DNA of 64,000 bases from Rebecca billardiae RCC1528 (lineage: Eukaryota > Protista > Haptophyta), in the NCBI GenBank assembly GCA_965240325.2, contig OZ251238.1, positions 310,001-374,000 on the forward strand. Direction: 5' to 3'. The notes beneath the pieces were generated by a model. It saw only the letters and a list, made by a program, of their open reading frames with translations, had not been told where the DNA came from and made no database searches. Shown here piece by piece: positions 12,301-23,600 of the stretch (its first letter is position 1; each line of letters starts with the position of its first letter). The position numbers and the translations under genes were made by a program.

Positions 12301-14520
12301 CGCCGCGCGCGCAGGACGGCCCACCACCTGCGCGCGCGGCTGCAGCGGCTGGCGTGGCAGCGGCTGGTCGTGGGCCACGTCGCGCGCTCGGTCGACCGCG
12401 GCGCGGTGTGCACGCCCGGCTGGGGCCAGCTCAAGGGGGTGGTCGTGATGGAGCCGCCGCACGTGTTCACCTCCGCGCAGAGGCTGGCCACGCCGCAACG
12501 TGCGCGCGCCGCGCGCGCGCCGAGTCGCGGGCGCGCCTGCGCCGCCGCCGCCGCTGGCTCACGCGCACCGCTCGCCCCCTCGCGCGCGCGCGCGCGGCGT
12601 TGGCGCGGCCGCCCCGCTGCGCGCGCCGGGTGCGCGCTCCGCGCGTGTCGCGCGGCCGCGCAGGGATGAGGATGATGGCGGCGATGCTGGGCCTGCGGCT
12701 GCACCCGGGCTCTGCGGACGTGCACGCGCTGTGGGTCGCGGCCGAGCTCTCCCGCGCGCTGCTGCCGCCGCACTGGCGCGAGGTGGACTGGGTAAGCCAC
12801 GGCGCGCTCGTCCCGCCCGGCAGCGCCGCGGCTCTGCCTATCCTCGGGCCAGGGCGGTTCGACTCCGACCTGCGCTGGGTGCACGAGGTGTCGGGCGAGA
12901 TGCTCGACTACCACCCGCTCGCGCCCGTGTACCGGCAGGTCGTGCGCGTCTTCCTCTTCGGCGGCAGCCGCGTGCGCCGCTCCTCGGGCGAGCTCGAGCC
13001 CTGGTGGCAGTTTGCGACCGAGCCGGGCGCGCGCTCGGCCGTGCTGTGGCATAACTTTGTGACGGGTCAGACGGTGCACGGCGGCCTGCCGCCCGCCGCA
13101 AGCCTGCGGCACCAGGTGCGCGCGGAGGCGCGCGCGCACGCGCCACGCAGCGCGCGCCGAACGCGCCGGGCTCCGCGCGCGCGGCGGCTGCGCGGCTGCG
13201 CGCGGCTGCGCGGCTGAGCGCCCGCCCCACCGCGTCGCGCGCTCCCGCGCCGGCGCGCGCGCTCTCTCATGCGTGCGTGCGTGCGTGCGCGCTCATGCGT
13301 GCGCGCGTGCGTGCGCGCGTGTGCGTGCGCGCGTGCCTCTCAGGAGTGGTGGGCGCCCCCGTCCGCGATCGAGGACAGCGCGGTGCCGCTGCTCGCCTCC
13401 GCGCACGCGGCGACGTGGGAGGCGCTGCTCAGCGTCGAGCTCGACGGCACGCCCGCCGCGCCCGCCGCCGCGCCCGCCGCGAGTGCGCCCGCCGCGCCCG
13501 AGCCGGCCGCGCCCGAGCGCCACGTCGGCTGGCAGGCTGCGGGGGGCGCGGCCGCTGAGGGTGCGGGCGACGACGGCGCGGCCGCCGACGTGAACGGCGG
13601 CGGCGGCGCGCCGACCGCCGGCGCTGCGCCCGACGCGGCCGGCGCGCCCGCGCCGCACGAGCCGCCGAGCGCGCGCTCGGCCACCCCCTCCGAGCCCGCC
13701 GGATCCGAGGGTGGCGGCGGCGCGGAGGGCGGCGGCCTGATGCGCGCGCTGCTCGAAGCGCAGCAGCGCGTGAGCGACTCCGATTTCGAGCTGAGCCGGC
13801 GCTCCTCGCCCGGCCCGGAGGAGGGCGGCGAGGCGGAGGGCGGCTCGCGCGGCGCGACGCCCGACGCGCAGCCGCCCGCCGCGTACGAGTACGCCCTCGG
13901 CCTCGCGCCCATGCCGCCGCCGCCGGCCGACATTGACGCGCGGCGCGCGGCCGTGTGCGCGCACCTCGAGACGCAGTCTGAGCCCGTGCGCGCGCGCGCG
14001 GTGCGCACGCACCCGCGCTCGCTCCTCGAGGTGCGCGAGGCCGCGTTCACGCTCGGCATCGACCCGCGCACGCAGGCGCACCTGCTCTGGCTCGCGGAGG
14101 AGGTGCGTGCGGCGCGCGCGGCACACGCGTCTCGGCGCGCGCGCGCGGGGGCCCCCGCCCCGGCGCGCCCGTTCGGCCGCGCGCCCGCGAGTCACGCGCT
14201 CACGCGCGCGCCGCGCGCCCCCCTGCATGCCGCCCGCTGGCGCGCGCACGCAGGCCATCTCGGCCGAGCTCCCGCTCAGCTGGTCCCGCTTCGACGGGCG
14301 TAGCGCGCGCGAGCCGCCCTTCTTCCACTGCGCGGCCACCAGCCTCGCGCAGTGGGAGCACCCGGCGCTCACGCGCGCGCGCGGCGTGCTGGCAGCGCTG
14401 ACGGGCGCACTGCCGGTCAGCGCGTCGCAGGCGCAGGCGGCGCGCGACGACCGTGTGAAGCGGCTGGGCAACCCGCGCTCGCTCGTGCAGTCGGAGAAGA
14501 CGAGGCTGCGCGAGAACTGA
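6345..14520 (+). CDS. Large multi-exon protein with IQ calmodulin-binding motifs, coiled coil and CEP164-type WW modules (probably ciliary/basal body)
   Basis: Frame-consistent GT-AG introns at 6433-6529, 7258-7397, 8948-9115, 11591-11725, 12122-12314, 12500-12663, 13116-13343 and 14103-14253. IQ motifs include TIQRAFRYHL, TFQRAWRRHL and MIQRFARGRHVR. The C-terminal LGIDPRTQAHLLWLAEE|AISAELPLSW…FFHCAATSLAQWEHP resembles the CEP164 N-terminal WW region. Confidence 0.75.
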
Positions 14521-15054
14521 CGAGCGCGCGCAGAGCGGTCGTCACTACGCAGTATAACGACTGACTGTTTCATCAGCCCGCGCTGACTTGGCAAGGCTTG
14601 CTGCGCGCGATCAGCCGGCGATGCGCGCCGCCGCGGCGCCGCCGCGCCAGCGACTCGACAGAGGCTGCTGACTGAGTGCTGAGTCGTGCTGATGCTAATA
14701 AGTGCAGTGCGTGCTACCAGCGGCTCTGACTCTCGGAGCTGGTCGTTGTTGAGACTTCTATGCTTAGACTATTATTCGTCTATTAAGCTGGCAGTACTAG
14801 TAGCGGTACTCTCAGACAAGTACGACCGAGTGTATCAGTATGTCCCTGGCTGAGTTTTCGCGTCTTTTTATTAAAATTCCCCTTTATATAACGGGCTCCG
14901 GGCAGGCTGGCGGCCGAAGCCTCCAGCCCTACCCTGGCCAGCCCCCTGCCTGTTGCCGTCTGCGGCGTCTGCCTAATACTACGGTCGTATGATAAAGATA
15001 CCCCCATAGGCAGCGGATTCCGTATTCGGTTACACCTCTCGGCGCGCCCGTTTC

Positions 15055-17901
15055 ATGGCCGACGGGCTTTCCAGGCTGCTCGCTTTTTCGGGGCCCCCCA
15101 AATTTTCGGAGATCGGCGGCATCGCCATGGACCGGCTGCTCGGCTGCGTCCCGCAGGACGACGCGAAGCGCCAGGCGGGCCCTGAGCTGCTCCCCCCGGC
15201 CGGCAGCACGCGCATCGCATCCCCCGAGCTGCGCGGCGTCACCCTCGCCCAGCTGCGCGCGCTGCTCGCCTTTGTCGACGAGCGCTGCGCCGCGGGCGAG
15301 TGGTTGGGCGCCGAGGGCGGCGCGCTGCGCTCAGACGAGGTGACCTTCTACGACCTGGAGCGCTGCGTGGCGGACATGCCGTTCCGCCGCGCTGCGCGCG
15401 GCTCCTCCATCGCCGAGGCGCTCGCCCCGCGCGCGCAGCGCCCGCGCTGGGTCGTGACGCACGCGTGGTCGCTGCGCGTGCGCTCGCTGCTGCGCGGCCT
15501 GGAGCAGCACGCGGCCGAGCGCGCGCTCGGCGAGGAGGCGCCGTACTGGATCGGCGCGCTCGCGCTCGGCCCGCACGAGCTCAGCGCCCCCGCGCCGCTC
15601 CGCGCCGACGGCGCCGTCGCGCGCGCCCTCGCCGGCCCGTTTGCGCGCGCCCTCGCGCTCGACGGCTGCGCGGGCACGGTGGCGGTCGTCGACGCGGACG
15701 GCGCGGCGCTCGGGCGGAAGTGGGTGCTGCTCGAGCTGTTCGTCGGGCTGACCGAGCCGGCCGAGGGCACGCCCCGCCTGGTCGACTGCTACGCCGTCCA
15801 GGATGCCGATGATCCGCACGGCCCGCCTTCGCCCACGCCGGGCACGCGCGGCGGCGGCTTTGGCGGAGGCGGCCCGCCTTCGCCTACGCCCGGCGCGCGC
15901 GGCGGCGGCTTTGGCGGAGGCGGCCCGCCTTCGCCCACGCCGGGCACGCGCGGCGGCGGCTTTGGCGGAGGCGGCCCGCCTTCGCCTACGCCCGGCGCGC
16001 GCGGCGGCGGCTTCGGTGGCGGAGGCGGCCCGCCGTCGCCCACGCCAGGCGCGCGCGGCGGCGGCTTTGGCGGCGGCACGGCGCGCAGCACCGGCGGCGG
16101 CACCGCGCGCCGCTCGCGCCGCAGCCGCAGGCCGCCAGCCGTCGTCGGGCTGACGGACGGGCCCGCCGAGATCGACGCTGCGCGCAACACGCGCAACCGC
16201 GGCGTGCGCGCCGAGCAGGCGGCGCGCGAGGCCGCGTTCCCCGGGGCCGTGCTGCGCGCCGCGCAGCGCGCCGAGCTCGCCTCCGCACGCGCGACGCGCG
16301 ACACGGACGGCGCGGCCATCGACGGCGCGGCGGCGCACGGCGCGGCGGAGGGTGTGCTGCCGCAGCTCGACTCGACAGTGCGCGCGCACTTCAGCGCGCG
16401 CGAGCTGGGGCTGTGCATGGTGGACGGCCCCGTGCGCGAGCTGCGCGGCCTCGCCGCCGAGCTGCGCGCCTCCGCGCTGCGGCGCGTGCTCGTGCACCCG
16501 CCGCCGCGCGCCGAGGCCCAGCAGCACGGGGGCGGCATCGCGCCGCTCATCGCCGCGCGCTACCTGGCGGAGGGCCTGCCGGAGAGCGCCGCCGAGATCG
16601 AGATCTCGGGCGTGGACGCGGGGGTGCTGCAGGGGGTCGGGCGCGTGCTGCGGCACGGCCGCGTGCGCGCGCTCTCGCTCACGCGGCTCAAGCTGCGCAA
16701 GTCCGACATCGAGCTGCTCGCGCGCGGCCTGCGCGTGGCCGCCGAGCGCGCCGCGGCCGACGCGGCCGCCGCCGACGCCGCCGACGCCGGCGCGAGGGCG
16801 CGCGAGCGGCCGCCTCCGTACGAGGGCCTGCACGAGCTCGTGCTGCAGGGCGCGCACCTGCGCGACGCGGCGCTGCCCGAGCTGTGCGCCGCGCTCGGCC
16901 GCCACGCCCGCCTGCGCGTGCTCTCGCTCGACTCCACAGGCCTGAGCGCGGACGGCGCCGCAGACGTGGCAGACGCGCTGCTCGGCGGCGTGCGCGGCCT
17001 GCGAGTGCTCACGCTGCACGCCAACGCGATCGGGCCGCACGGCGCGCGCGCGCTCGCGCACGCGCTCGAGGCGCAGCCGTCGCTGCGCGTGCTCACGCTC
17101 GACTCGAACGCGATCGGCGACGCCGGCGCCGCCGCGCTCTCGCGCGCGCTCGGCGCGCTCGGCGCGCTCACCCGGCTCGATCTCGACGACAACGAGATCA
17201 GCGATCTGGGCGCGCGCGCGCTCGGCGCCAGCCTCGCGCAGCAGGGGTCGCTGCAGCGGCTCTCGATCTCGGGCAACCCGCTGGGCGAGGGCGGCGGCTC
17301 GGAGCTCGTCGGCGCGCTCGAGCAGCACCTCGGGCTGCGCGCGCTCGAGCTCGACGACACCGGCCTGCGCGACGGTGGCGTGCGCGCGCTGTGCCACGCG
17401 CTGCGCGAGCACTCGCAGCTTGAGCAGCTGCGGCTCGCGGGCAACGAGCTCGGCGCCGCCGCGGGCGCCGAGCTCGCGCGCGGGCTCGGGCGGTTCGGCG
17501 AGGCGCTGCGCGAGCTCGATCTGTCGGGCAACCGGCTCGGCGACGCCGCCGCCGCCGAGCTCGCCGCCTCCCTCGGCCGGAACTGCCCCCGGCTCGAGTC
17601 GCTCGCCCTCGGGTACGGCAACGCGTGCGCCGATCGCGCGGCGCGCGCGCTCGGCGCGATGCTGCCACACACGCGCGCGCTGCACTCCCTGCAGCTGCGG
17701 CACAACGACGTGCGCGACGCGTCCGCGCTGGAGGAGGCGCGCGCGCACCACCCGCTCCCGCTGTCCCTCGACCTGCTCGGCAACCCGCTCGGAGAGCCGC
17801 CGCCCCAACGGCCGTTTGCGCCGGGCGGCTCGAGCGCGTCGCTCACGAGCGCGCTCGACGCGATGATGCACTCGTCGCCCTACCACGCACGGGCGTCATG
17901 A
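15055..17901 (+). CDS. N-terminal TIR/HET-like domain plus ribonuclease-inhibitor-type LRR protein
   Basis: Intronless 948 aa. The N-terminus has RGVTLAQL…WVVTHAWS…YWIGALALGPH…GRKWVLLE. The C-terminus has about 11 28-aa LRRs (LxxLxLxxNxIGDxGAxALxxAL). Confidence 0.8.
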   Translation: MADGLSRLLAFSGPPKFSEIGGIAMDRLLGCVPQDDAKRQAGPELLPPAGSTRIASPELRGVTLAQLRALLAFVDERCAAGEWLGAEGGALRSDEVTFYDLERCVADMPFRRAARGSSIAEALAPRAQRPRWVVTHAWSLRVRSLLRGLEQHAAERALGEEAPYWIGALALGPHELSAPAPLRADGAVARALAGPFARALALDGCAGTVAVVDADGAALGRKWVLLELFVGLTEPAEGTPRLVDCYAVQDADDPHGPPSPTPGTRGGGFGGGGPPSPTPGARGGGFGGGGPPSPTPGTRGGGFGGGGPPSPTPGARGGGFGGGGGPPSPTPGARGGGFGGGTARSTGGGTARRSRRSRRPPAVVGLTDGPAEIDAARNTRNRGVRAEQAAREAAFPGAVLRAAQRAELASARATRDTDGAAIDGAAAHGAAEGVLPQLDSTVRAHFSARELGLCMVDGPVRELRGLAAELRASALRRVLVHPPPRAEAQQHGGGIAPLIAARYLAEGLPESAAEIEISGVDAGVLQGVGRVLRHGRVRALSLTRLKLRKSDIELLARGLRVAAERAAADAAAADAADAGARARERPPPYEGLHELVLQGAHLRDAALPELCAALGRHARLRVLSLDSTGLSADGAADVADALLGGVRGLRVLTLHANAIGPHGARALAHALEAQPSLRVLTLDSNAIGDAGAAALSRALGALGALTRLDLDDNEISDLGARALGASLAQQGSLQRLSISGNPLGEGGGSELVGALEQHLGLRALELDDTGLRDGGVRALCHALREHSQLEQLRLAGNELGAAAGAELARGLGRFGEALRELDLSGNRLGDAAAAELAASLGRNCPRLESLALGYGNACADRAARALGAMLPHTRALHSLQLRHNDVRDASALEEARAHHPLPLSLDLLGNPLGEPPPQRPFAPGGSSASLTSALDAMMHSSPYHARAS
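15820..16077 (+). repeat. Coding minisatellite, about 51 bp x5 (GPPSPTPG[T/A]RGGGFGGG)
   Basis: Tandem repeat read directly within the LRR gene. Confidence 0.9.
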
Positions 17902-18097
17902 GTGGCCGCGCACGCCGGGGGCGGGGCCCGTCGCCGTCGCCGTCGCCGCGTAGGACGCCACCTGCCTAAAGACTCCGTATTAGGGAGCGAGCACTGATCG
18001 GCGCGCCATTCACAGCTCGCCCATATATATATATATGACATACCGTTGCCAACTCTGCTAAGTCCGAGTCTCACTCTCAGACTCAGTCGATCAGACT

Positions 18098-18670
18098 TCA
18101 GAGCGGCGGCAGCAAAGCCACGACCAGCAGCCTCCAGCTCGCAATCACTGTGGCTGAGCCAACGACAAAGCCAACCTCGCCGTCAAGAGGCAGCTGCAGC
18201 GCCGAACAGACCGCAAGGAGGGCCAGACTGGACCCCAGCCAGGCCGCGAACAGCGGGAGGATCGCCTGCGCGGAAGGCAGCGCTCGTGTCACGCTGATGC
18301 GGTATCCGCCGAGTGCCTCGACAATGGCCACCCACAGAGCAGCGAGTGCTAGGCCCTGCAGCGGCGCCGCAAACACGGGGGGCTCTTGTATGAACAGGGC
18401 CGGCTGGGCCTTTGCGAGAGGGGAAAGCCAGACGTCCACGAACCCCTGGACCGCGCCGTAGCCCACCAAGACGCAGGCATCGCCTCGCAGTGCCAGCGCG
18501 TCAGATTCGTCTCCACCGTTTGCAGAGAGCTGCGGCCACACGCGGCGCCCTGAGGTGGCGGCGTGCAACGGCCGACGGAGTTGCTGCTGATGAGACCACG
18601 CTGCCGCTTGCACCGCGAGAAGAAGGCCAAGACAGATCCGCCATGCCCGTCGGCTTTGAGATGCCGCCAT
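18098..18670 (-). CDS. Small multi-pass membrane protein, probably plastid-targeted (DUF3054-like)
   Basis: 190 aa: signal peptide (…LLLAVQAAAW), basic transit-like stretch, then about 4 hydrophobic segments starting GD and ending WR. Confidence 0.6.
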   Translation of the reverse strand: MAASQSRRAWRICLGLLLAVQAAAWSHQQQLRRPLHAATSGRRVWPQLSANGGDESDALALRGDACVLVGYGAVQGFVDVWLSPLAKAQPALFIQEPPVFAAPLQGLALAALWVAIVEALGGYRISVTRALPSAQAILPLFAAWLGSSLALLAVCSALQLPLDGEVGFVVGSATVIASWRLLVVALLPPL

Positions 18671-18734
18671 GCTGACGACCGACGACGACGCCTACGGTAT
18701 GGTTGTAGTAGTATGTTTTAGTACGGACGACGGT

Positions 18735-20549
18735 ATTGTCATTTGCTCTGGTTCGCAAGTTTGGGCCGAGCGCGGCGCCGCAGGGGGCAGAGGCCTCGAG
18801 GGCCTCCACCCCCCCCGACACCGCGCGCACCCAGGCCATGCCCACCCAGCAACCAGCCGGGTGGGAGGGCAGGGAGAAACAACTCCCAGAGGAGGGGCAG
18901 CCACCAGCGCCGCGGTGACCCAGCAGCCACGCCGGCCGCCGAGCCGCGGATGCAGCCAGCGAGCGCGCGCAGAGAGGCGCATCGCTTGCCAAGCTACTGC
19001 GCGGATCCGCGCCCACCCCCTGTCCGGGCCTGGCTCGGCTTGACGACCGGAAAACCTTCGGGCAGCCGGACCCGGGCTGCCAGCCCGCCCTCATGAGGGC
19101 TACCGGTGAGTTATACCCGCATAACCGAGCGGTTATACAACCATAACTCACTCGGTAGACCCACATGAGAGTAGATTGAGGTGGGGGCCGCGTTGATAAA
19201 CGCGTGAGGTGACTAGGTCACACCCCCGAAGCCGTCCAGGATGCGACGCCGACCAGAAAGGACTCGCCGATGCATTCGAGCAACTACGCCGACAGAAGCC
19301 GACCGCCTAGACGCCGAAAAGGAAGTACTCGATGGAGCACGTAGATAGACCGCAGGCGCTGGCAGCCGACGCCCTCCCCCAACGCAAGTTTGGGCCGAGC
19401 GCGGCGCCGCAGGGGGCAGAGGCCTCGAGGGCCTCCACCCAGAAGGAGGTGTGGAATGCCACACCCCGTAGGGGTGGTGGCCGGGGGCCCGAAGAGGCCG
19501 AGGCCGCCGGGGGTAGCGCGAGGACCGAAGGCGGCCGAGGCCCAGAGGGGCTCCCCGCAGGATTGTGTGAGGACGAACCCGACGGTAAGTGCGACGAGTA
19601 GGCACAAAGACATGCGCGGCGGCGGCGGCGCAGGCGGGAAGCAGGCGCGAGACACGCACGCGCACGCGTAGCGTCAGATAAGGTAGCAGGTCGCATCCCC
19701 ACACACAGCAGTGCACTGCAGACTGCAGAGGAGGCGGCAGAGAAGGAGAGAGCAGCACCCACCCGCCAGGCGATGAAGGCAAGCGAGACTGCGAAGCGTG
19801 AGAAGATTGCAGACGGGGACGCCTGGGAGCGGTTCCGAGGCGCCCCCATCGAAAGCAGAGCATGCGGAGATTGCAGACGGGGACGCCTCGAAGCGGTTCC
19901 GAGGCGCCCCCATCGAAAGCAGAGCATGAGAAGATTGCAGACGGGGACGCCCCGAAGCGGTTCCGAGGCGCCCCCATCGAAAGCAGAGCATGAGAAGATT
20001 GCAGACGGGGACGCCCCGAAGCGGTTCCGAGGCGCCCCCATCGAAAGCAGAGCATGGGACGATTGCAGACGGGGACGCCTCGAAGCGGTTCCGAGGCGCC
20101 CCCATCGAAAGCAGAGAGCACCCGGAGGGGTCCGAGGTGCCCTCGCAGAGAGCAGAAGCGACAGACAGCCCGATCGCGCGTTGGCAGCAAGCAGGGCAGG
20201 TGCACGAGTGGAGAGAGCGAGGGCTGAGGGCGGCCTACCGCCGACGCACACGCACCTGGAAGAAACAACTCCCAGAGGAGGGGCAGCCACCAGCGCCGCG
20301 GTGACCCAGCAGCCACGCCGGCCGCCGAGCCGCGGATGCAGCCAGCGAGCGCGCGCAGAGAGGCGCATCGCTTGCCAAGCTACTGCGCGGATCCGCGCCC
20401 ACCCCCTGTCCGGGCCTGGCTCGGCTTGACGACCGGAAAACCTTCGGGCAGCCGGACCCGGGCTGCCAGCCCGCCCTCATGAGGGCTACCGGTGAGTTAT
20501 ACCCGCATAACCGAGCGGTTATACAACCATTGTCATTTGCTCTGGTTCG
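18735..20549. mobile_element. Non-autonomous retroelement with split direct repeats (Penelope-like TOC1/MRC1 type, or Ngaro type) and a 21-bp TSD
   Basis: ATTGTCATTTGCTCTGGTTCG occurs at 18735-18755 and 20529-20549. A 58-bp repeat lies at 18754-18811 = 19383-19440 and a 270-bp repeat at 18875-19144 = 20261-20530. There is an internal 64-bp tandem array and no credible ORF. Confidence 0.8.
19801..20116. repeat. 64-bp tandem repeat x5, each unit hairpin-forming
   Basis: GATTGCAGACGGGGACGCC starts at 19805, 19869, 19933, 19997 and 20061. GGGGACGCCTCG pairs with CGAGGCGCCCCC. Confidence 0.95.
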
Positions 20550-20667
20550 AGTCGATGACCAATGATATGATATCATCCGCTTTTTTAAGGTTTTTAACGT
20601 TTTAACCACCCGGCCAAGCAAACACCCAAACACCCAACCCGTCCCTCAACTAGAGCCTTCGCCTCAC

Positions 20668-23600
20668 ATGCGCGCGGCGAAAGCGCGCCGGCGTGGCGGC
20701 CGCGCGCTCGCGGCGCTTGCGCTCGTGAGCGCGTGCCGTGCGCATCTAGTCGTGCGCGATGGCCCCGCGCAATTCCTCGGCCTCGAGCTTGTGGCCGGGC
20801 CGATGCGCTTCTCGCCCGCGCACTTTGACGTGCTCGCGCCGATGCTCGTCACGCGGCCGGGCGAGTGGGCGTACGACGCGTGCCCGCCGAGGTACATGGG
20901 CACGCGTGACCTGCGCGGCACGATCGTCGTGCACCTCAGTCCCGCCTTCGAGCGCTGCAGCCTCGAGCAGCACGCGCGCGGCGCGGGCGTGCTCGGCGCG
21001 CTTGGCTGGGCCGCGTTCAGCTTCGACGCGACCGCCGGCTTCGGGCGCGAGCCGGGCGGTATCCGGTACTGGAGCCACGCCGCCGACTCGCGCGACTTGC
21101 CCGAGCCCCCCGCCTTCGACCTGAACCAGCGCGCCGCGCTGCCGCTGATGACGCACCTGCGCGACCGCGGCGGCTCGGTGCGCGTGAGCGTGCGCCCGTC
21201 GCGCACGCCGTGGGAAGCGATGTGGGAGCACCCGCTGGCCATCGGCCTCGCCGCCGTCGTGGGCGTGCAGAGCGGGCTCAACGCGCTCTACGCCGTTTTC
21301 GCCCTCGCCCGCGTCATGCGCGACGTGGGTGGCCCCCGCATCGACGTAGCGCAGGCGGCCCTCGCGCTCGAGGCCGCGGCCAACGGCGGGCGCGTCGCCG
21401 CGCAGCTCAACCCGTTCCTCCGGCTGCGCTGGTACGACTACGAGACGGCGCTGCGGCTGCAGCTCGTGCCGGAGGTGCTGAGCACGTGCGCGACCGCGCT
21501 GCTACTCGTCTTCGTCGCGCAGGCCGCCGCCAACGCCGGCCTCGCCTCGCTGCGCGTGACGCGCCCCGCGTACCAGCGCGCGCTGTGCGCGCTCGTGCTC
21601 GCGCTGAGCGGGCTGCTCGCCGCGGCCGAGGTGACACGCGCGCTGGGCGCGCGGCTGCTCGGCGCGAACTCCCTGCGGGTCGTAATGGTTGCGGGCGCGA
21701 CCCTCCCGCTCGTCGTGGTGGCCGTCGCGCTCCACGCCGACCGCATGATCCGGCGCTCGCTCGCGGACGCGCCCGCGCTGCTCGTGCGCGCGCTGCTGTG
21801 GCGCGTGCGCACCTCGCTGCTGCTCTCGTGCCTCGCGGCCGGCGTGGGCGCCGCGTTCCCGATCGCGTACGTGCGGCCGTGGGTGTGCGTCGGCGTCTTC
21901 ACCGCGTACGCCTGCCTCTCCAACGCCACCTCGTACGTCCAGATCAGCGCCGTCGTCGGCTCCACGTCCCGCTTCAGCCCGCTAGCCAAGGCGGCGCGCG
22001 CGCTCGGCTCGCCCTGCGCGCCGCGGCTGCAGCATCTGCGGCCCGACCGAGGCCCGACCTCGTACGCCGGAGGGCGCCGCGTAGGGGCAAGCTCGGCGCG
22101 TGTCGGGCCGGACGCCCCCCTGACCGGCGTCGTGGGGCGTTTTGAGCCCGCCCGCCCCCCACGCGTGTCGAGCCGGACGCCCTCGCTGCGGGGGGGCTTC
22201 CCGGGTGGCGCATCGCGCGTGCGCGCGGCCAGCGTGGACCTCGGCGCAGAGGACGAGCTGTCGCCGCGCGGTGACGAGGGGCATTTGCTTCTGGGCGTGC
22301 AGCTGCGCCACCTCGAGGCGTGGTGCGACGAGCATGGCGTCACGCACGACATGACCTCCGCCGAGGTCGGCCGCATGGTCGCCGCGCTCACGCGCGAGAG
22401 CGGCCAGTCACTCGCCGAGGCGCACGCGCACGTGCGGCTGCCGGACGGCACCGGCGCGGTGGGCGAGGCCAACCTCTTCGTCAGCCACGCGCAGGCGTGC
22501 TCGTTCCGCCAGCTGCTCAGCGCGGTGCGGCTGCACGCCGCGTTCTGCAACCTCGACGAGCGCTCGCTGTTCCTCTGGCTCGACCTCGCGACCATCCGGC
22601 AGCACGACGTGCAGGCCGGCATCCGGCACATTGGCAATGTGATCTCGAGGATCGGCAGCATGGTGCTCGTGCTCGACCCGTGGCACTCGGCCGTCTCGCT
22701 CGGCCGTATGTGGTGCCTGTACGAGGTGGTGCAGTGCCGGCTGCACCCGCACGTCGAGCTGCAGCTCGCGCTGCCGCCCTCCGAGCTGGGCGACTTCCTC
22801 GCCGCGCTCGACAACGACGCGTCGCGCGTGCTCAAGACGCTCTCCTCCTTCGACTGCCGCACGGCCGCCGCGAGCGTCGCGGACGACCGGCAGCGGATCC
22901 ACGAGCTGATCGTCGCCACGTTCGCGCCGCCGAGCGAGCGCCCCAGCTCGCGGATGGCCCGGCACCACCTCAGCGCTGTGTCCAGCGCGGTCGCGGACGC
23001 GCTGAACCAAGCGAGCTTCCGCGCGCCCGGCTCCTCGACGAGCGCTGCGCGCTCGCGCGAGTGTGACGGTGCGGCGCTCGACGCGTTCAACGCGGAGGTG
23101 CGCAAGGCGCTGCTGCGCGCGCTCTCGCTCGCAAGCTGGCGCGGCGTCGGGCCGGCGCACTCGTCAAGGCGGTGCTCGCACTCGGACTCGCAGTCTGGGC
23201 CACCGCCCACCTCGTCCTCCGGGTCACGCTCCAACTCGCCATCCCCCGCCTCGACTCGCAAGTTCCCCCCACTCGGCCTTCGCTCCAACCCCAGCACACC
23301 CGCCATCCCACGGCGGCAGCCGCCGGACGACGCGGTGGCGTTGCCGCGCGCCGACGCGAGCCCGCCCGGCCAGGCGCAGCGCGCGATGTCGGAACCACAT
23401 GCGTGCGCCGACGGCAGCAGCAAAGGTATGGGCACCTGCACGGCCGCGGTGGGGCTAGTGGGCGCGGAGCGTTCGCACTCGATGCCATCGCCTGCGACGC
23501 GCGCAGCCGGCAGTGTGTCGGCCTTGCCCGTCGCAGCCGAGCCTACGCGAGGCCAAGCGGGCTTTGCTGATGGTTCCGATGCGCGCGCCGGCGGGCACGG

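Noticed and set aside
19801-20116. 64-bp array as a CRISPR array
   Set aside because: The units are contiguous with no unique spacers, there are no cas genes, and the context is eukaryotic.
18875-20530. Ordinary LTR retrotransposon/TRIM
   Set aside because: The repeats lack TG…CA ends, the TSD is 21 bp rather than 4-6 bp, and the TSD-bounded unit extends beyond the 270-bp repeats.
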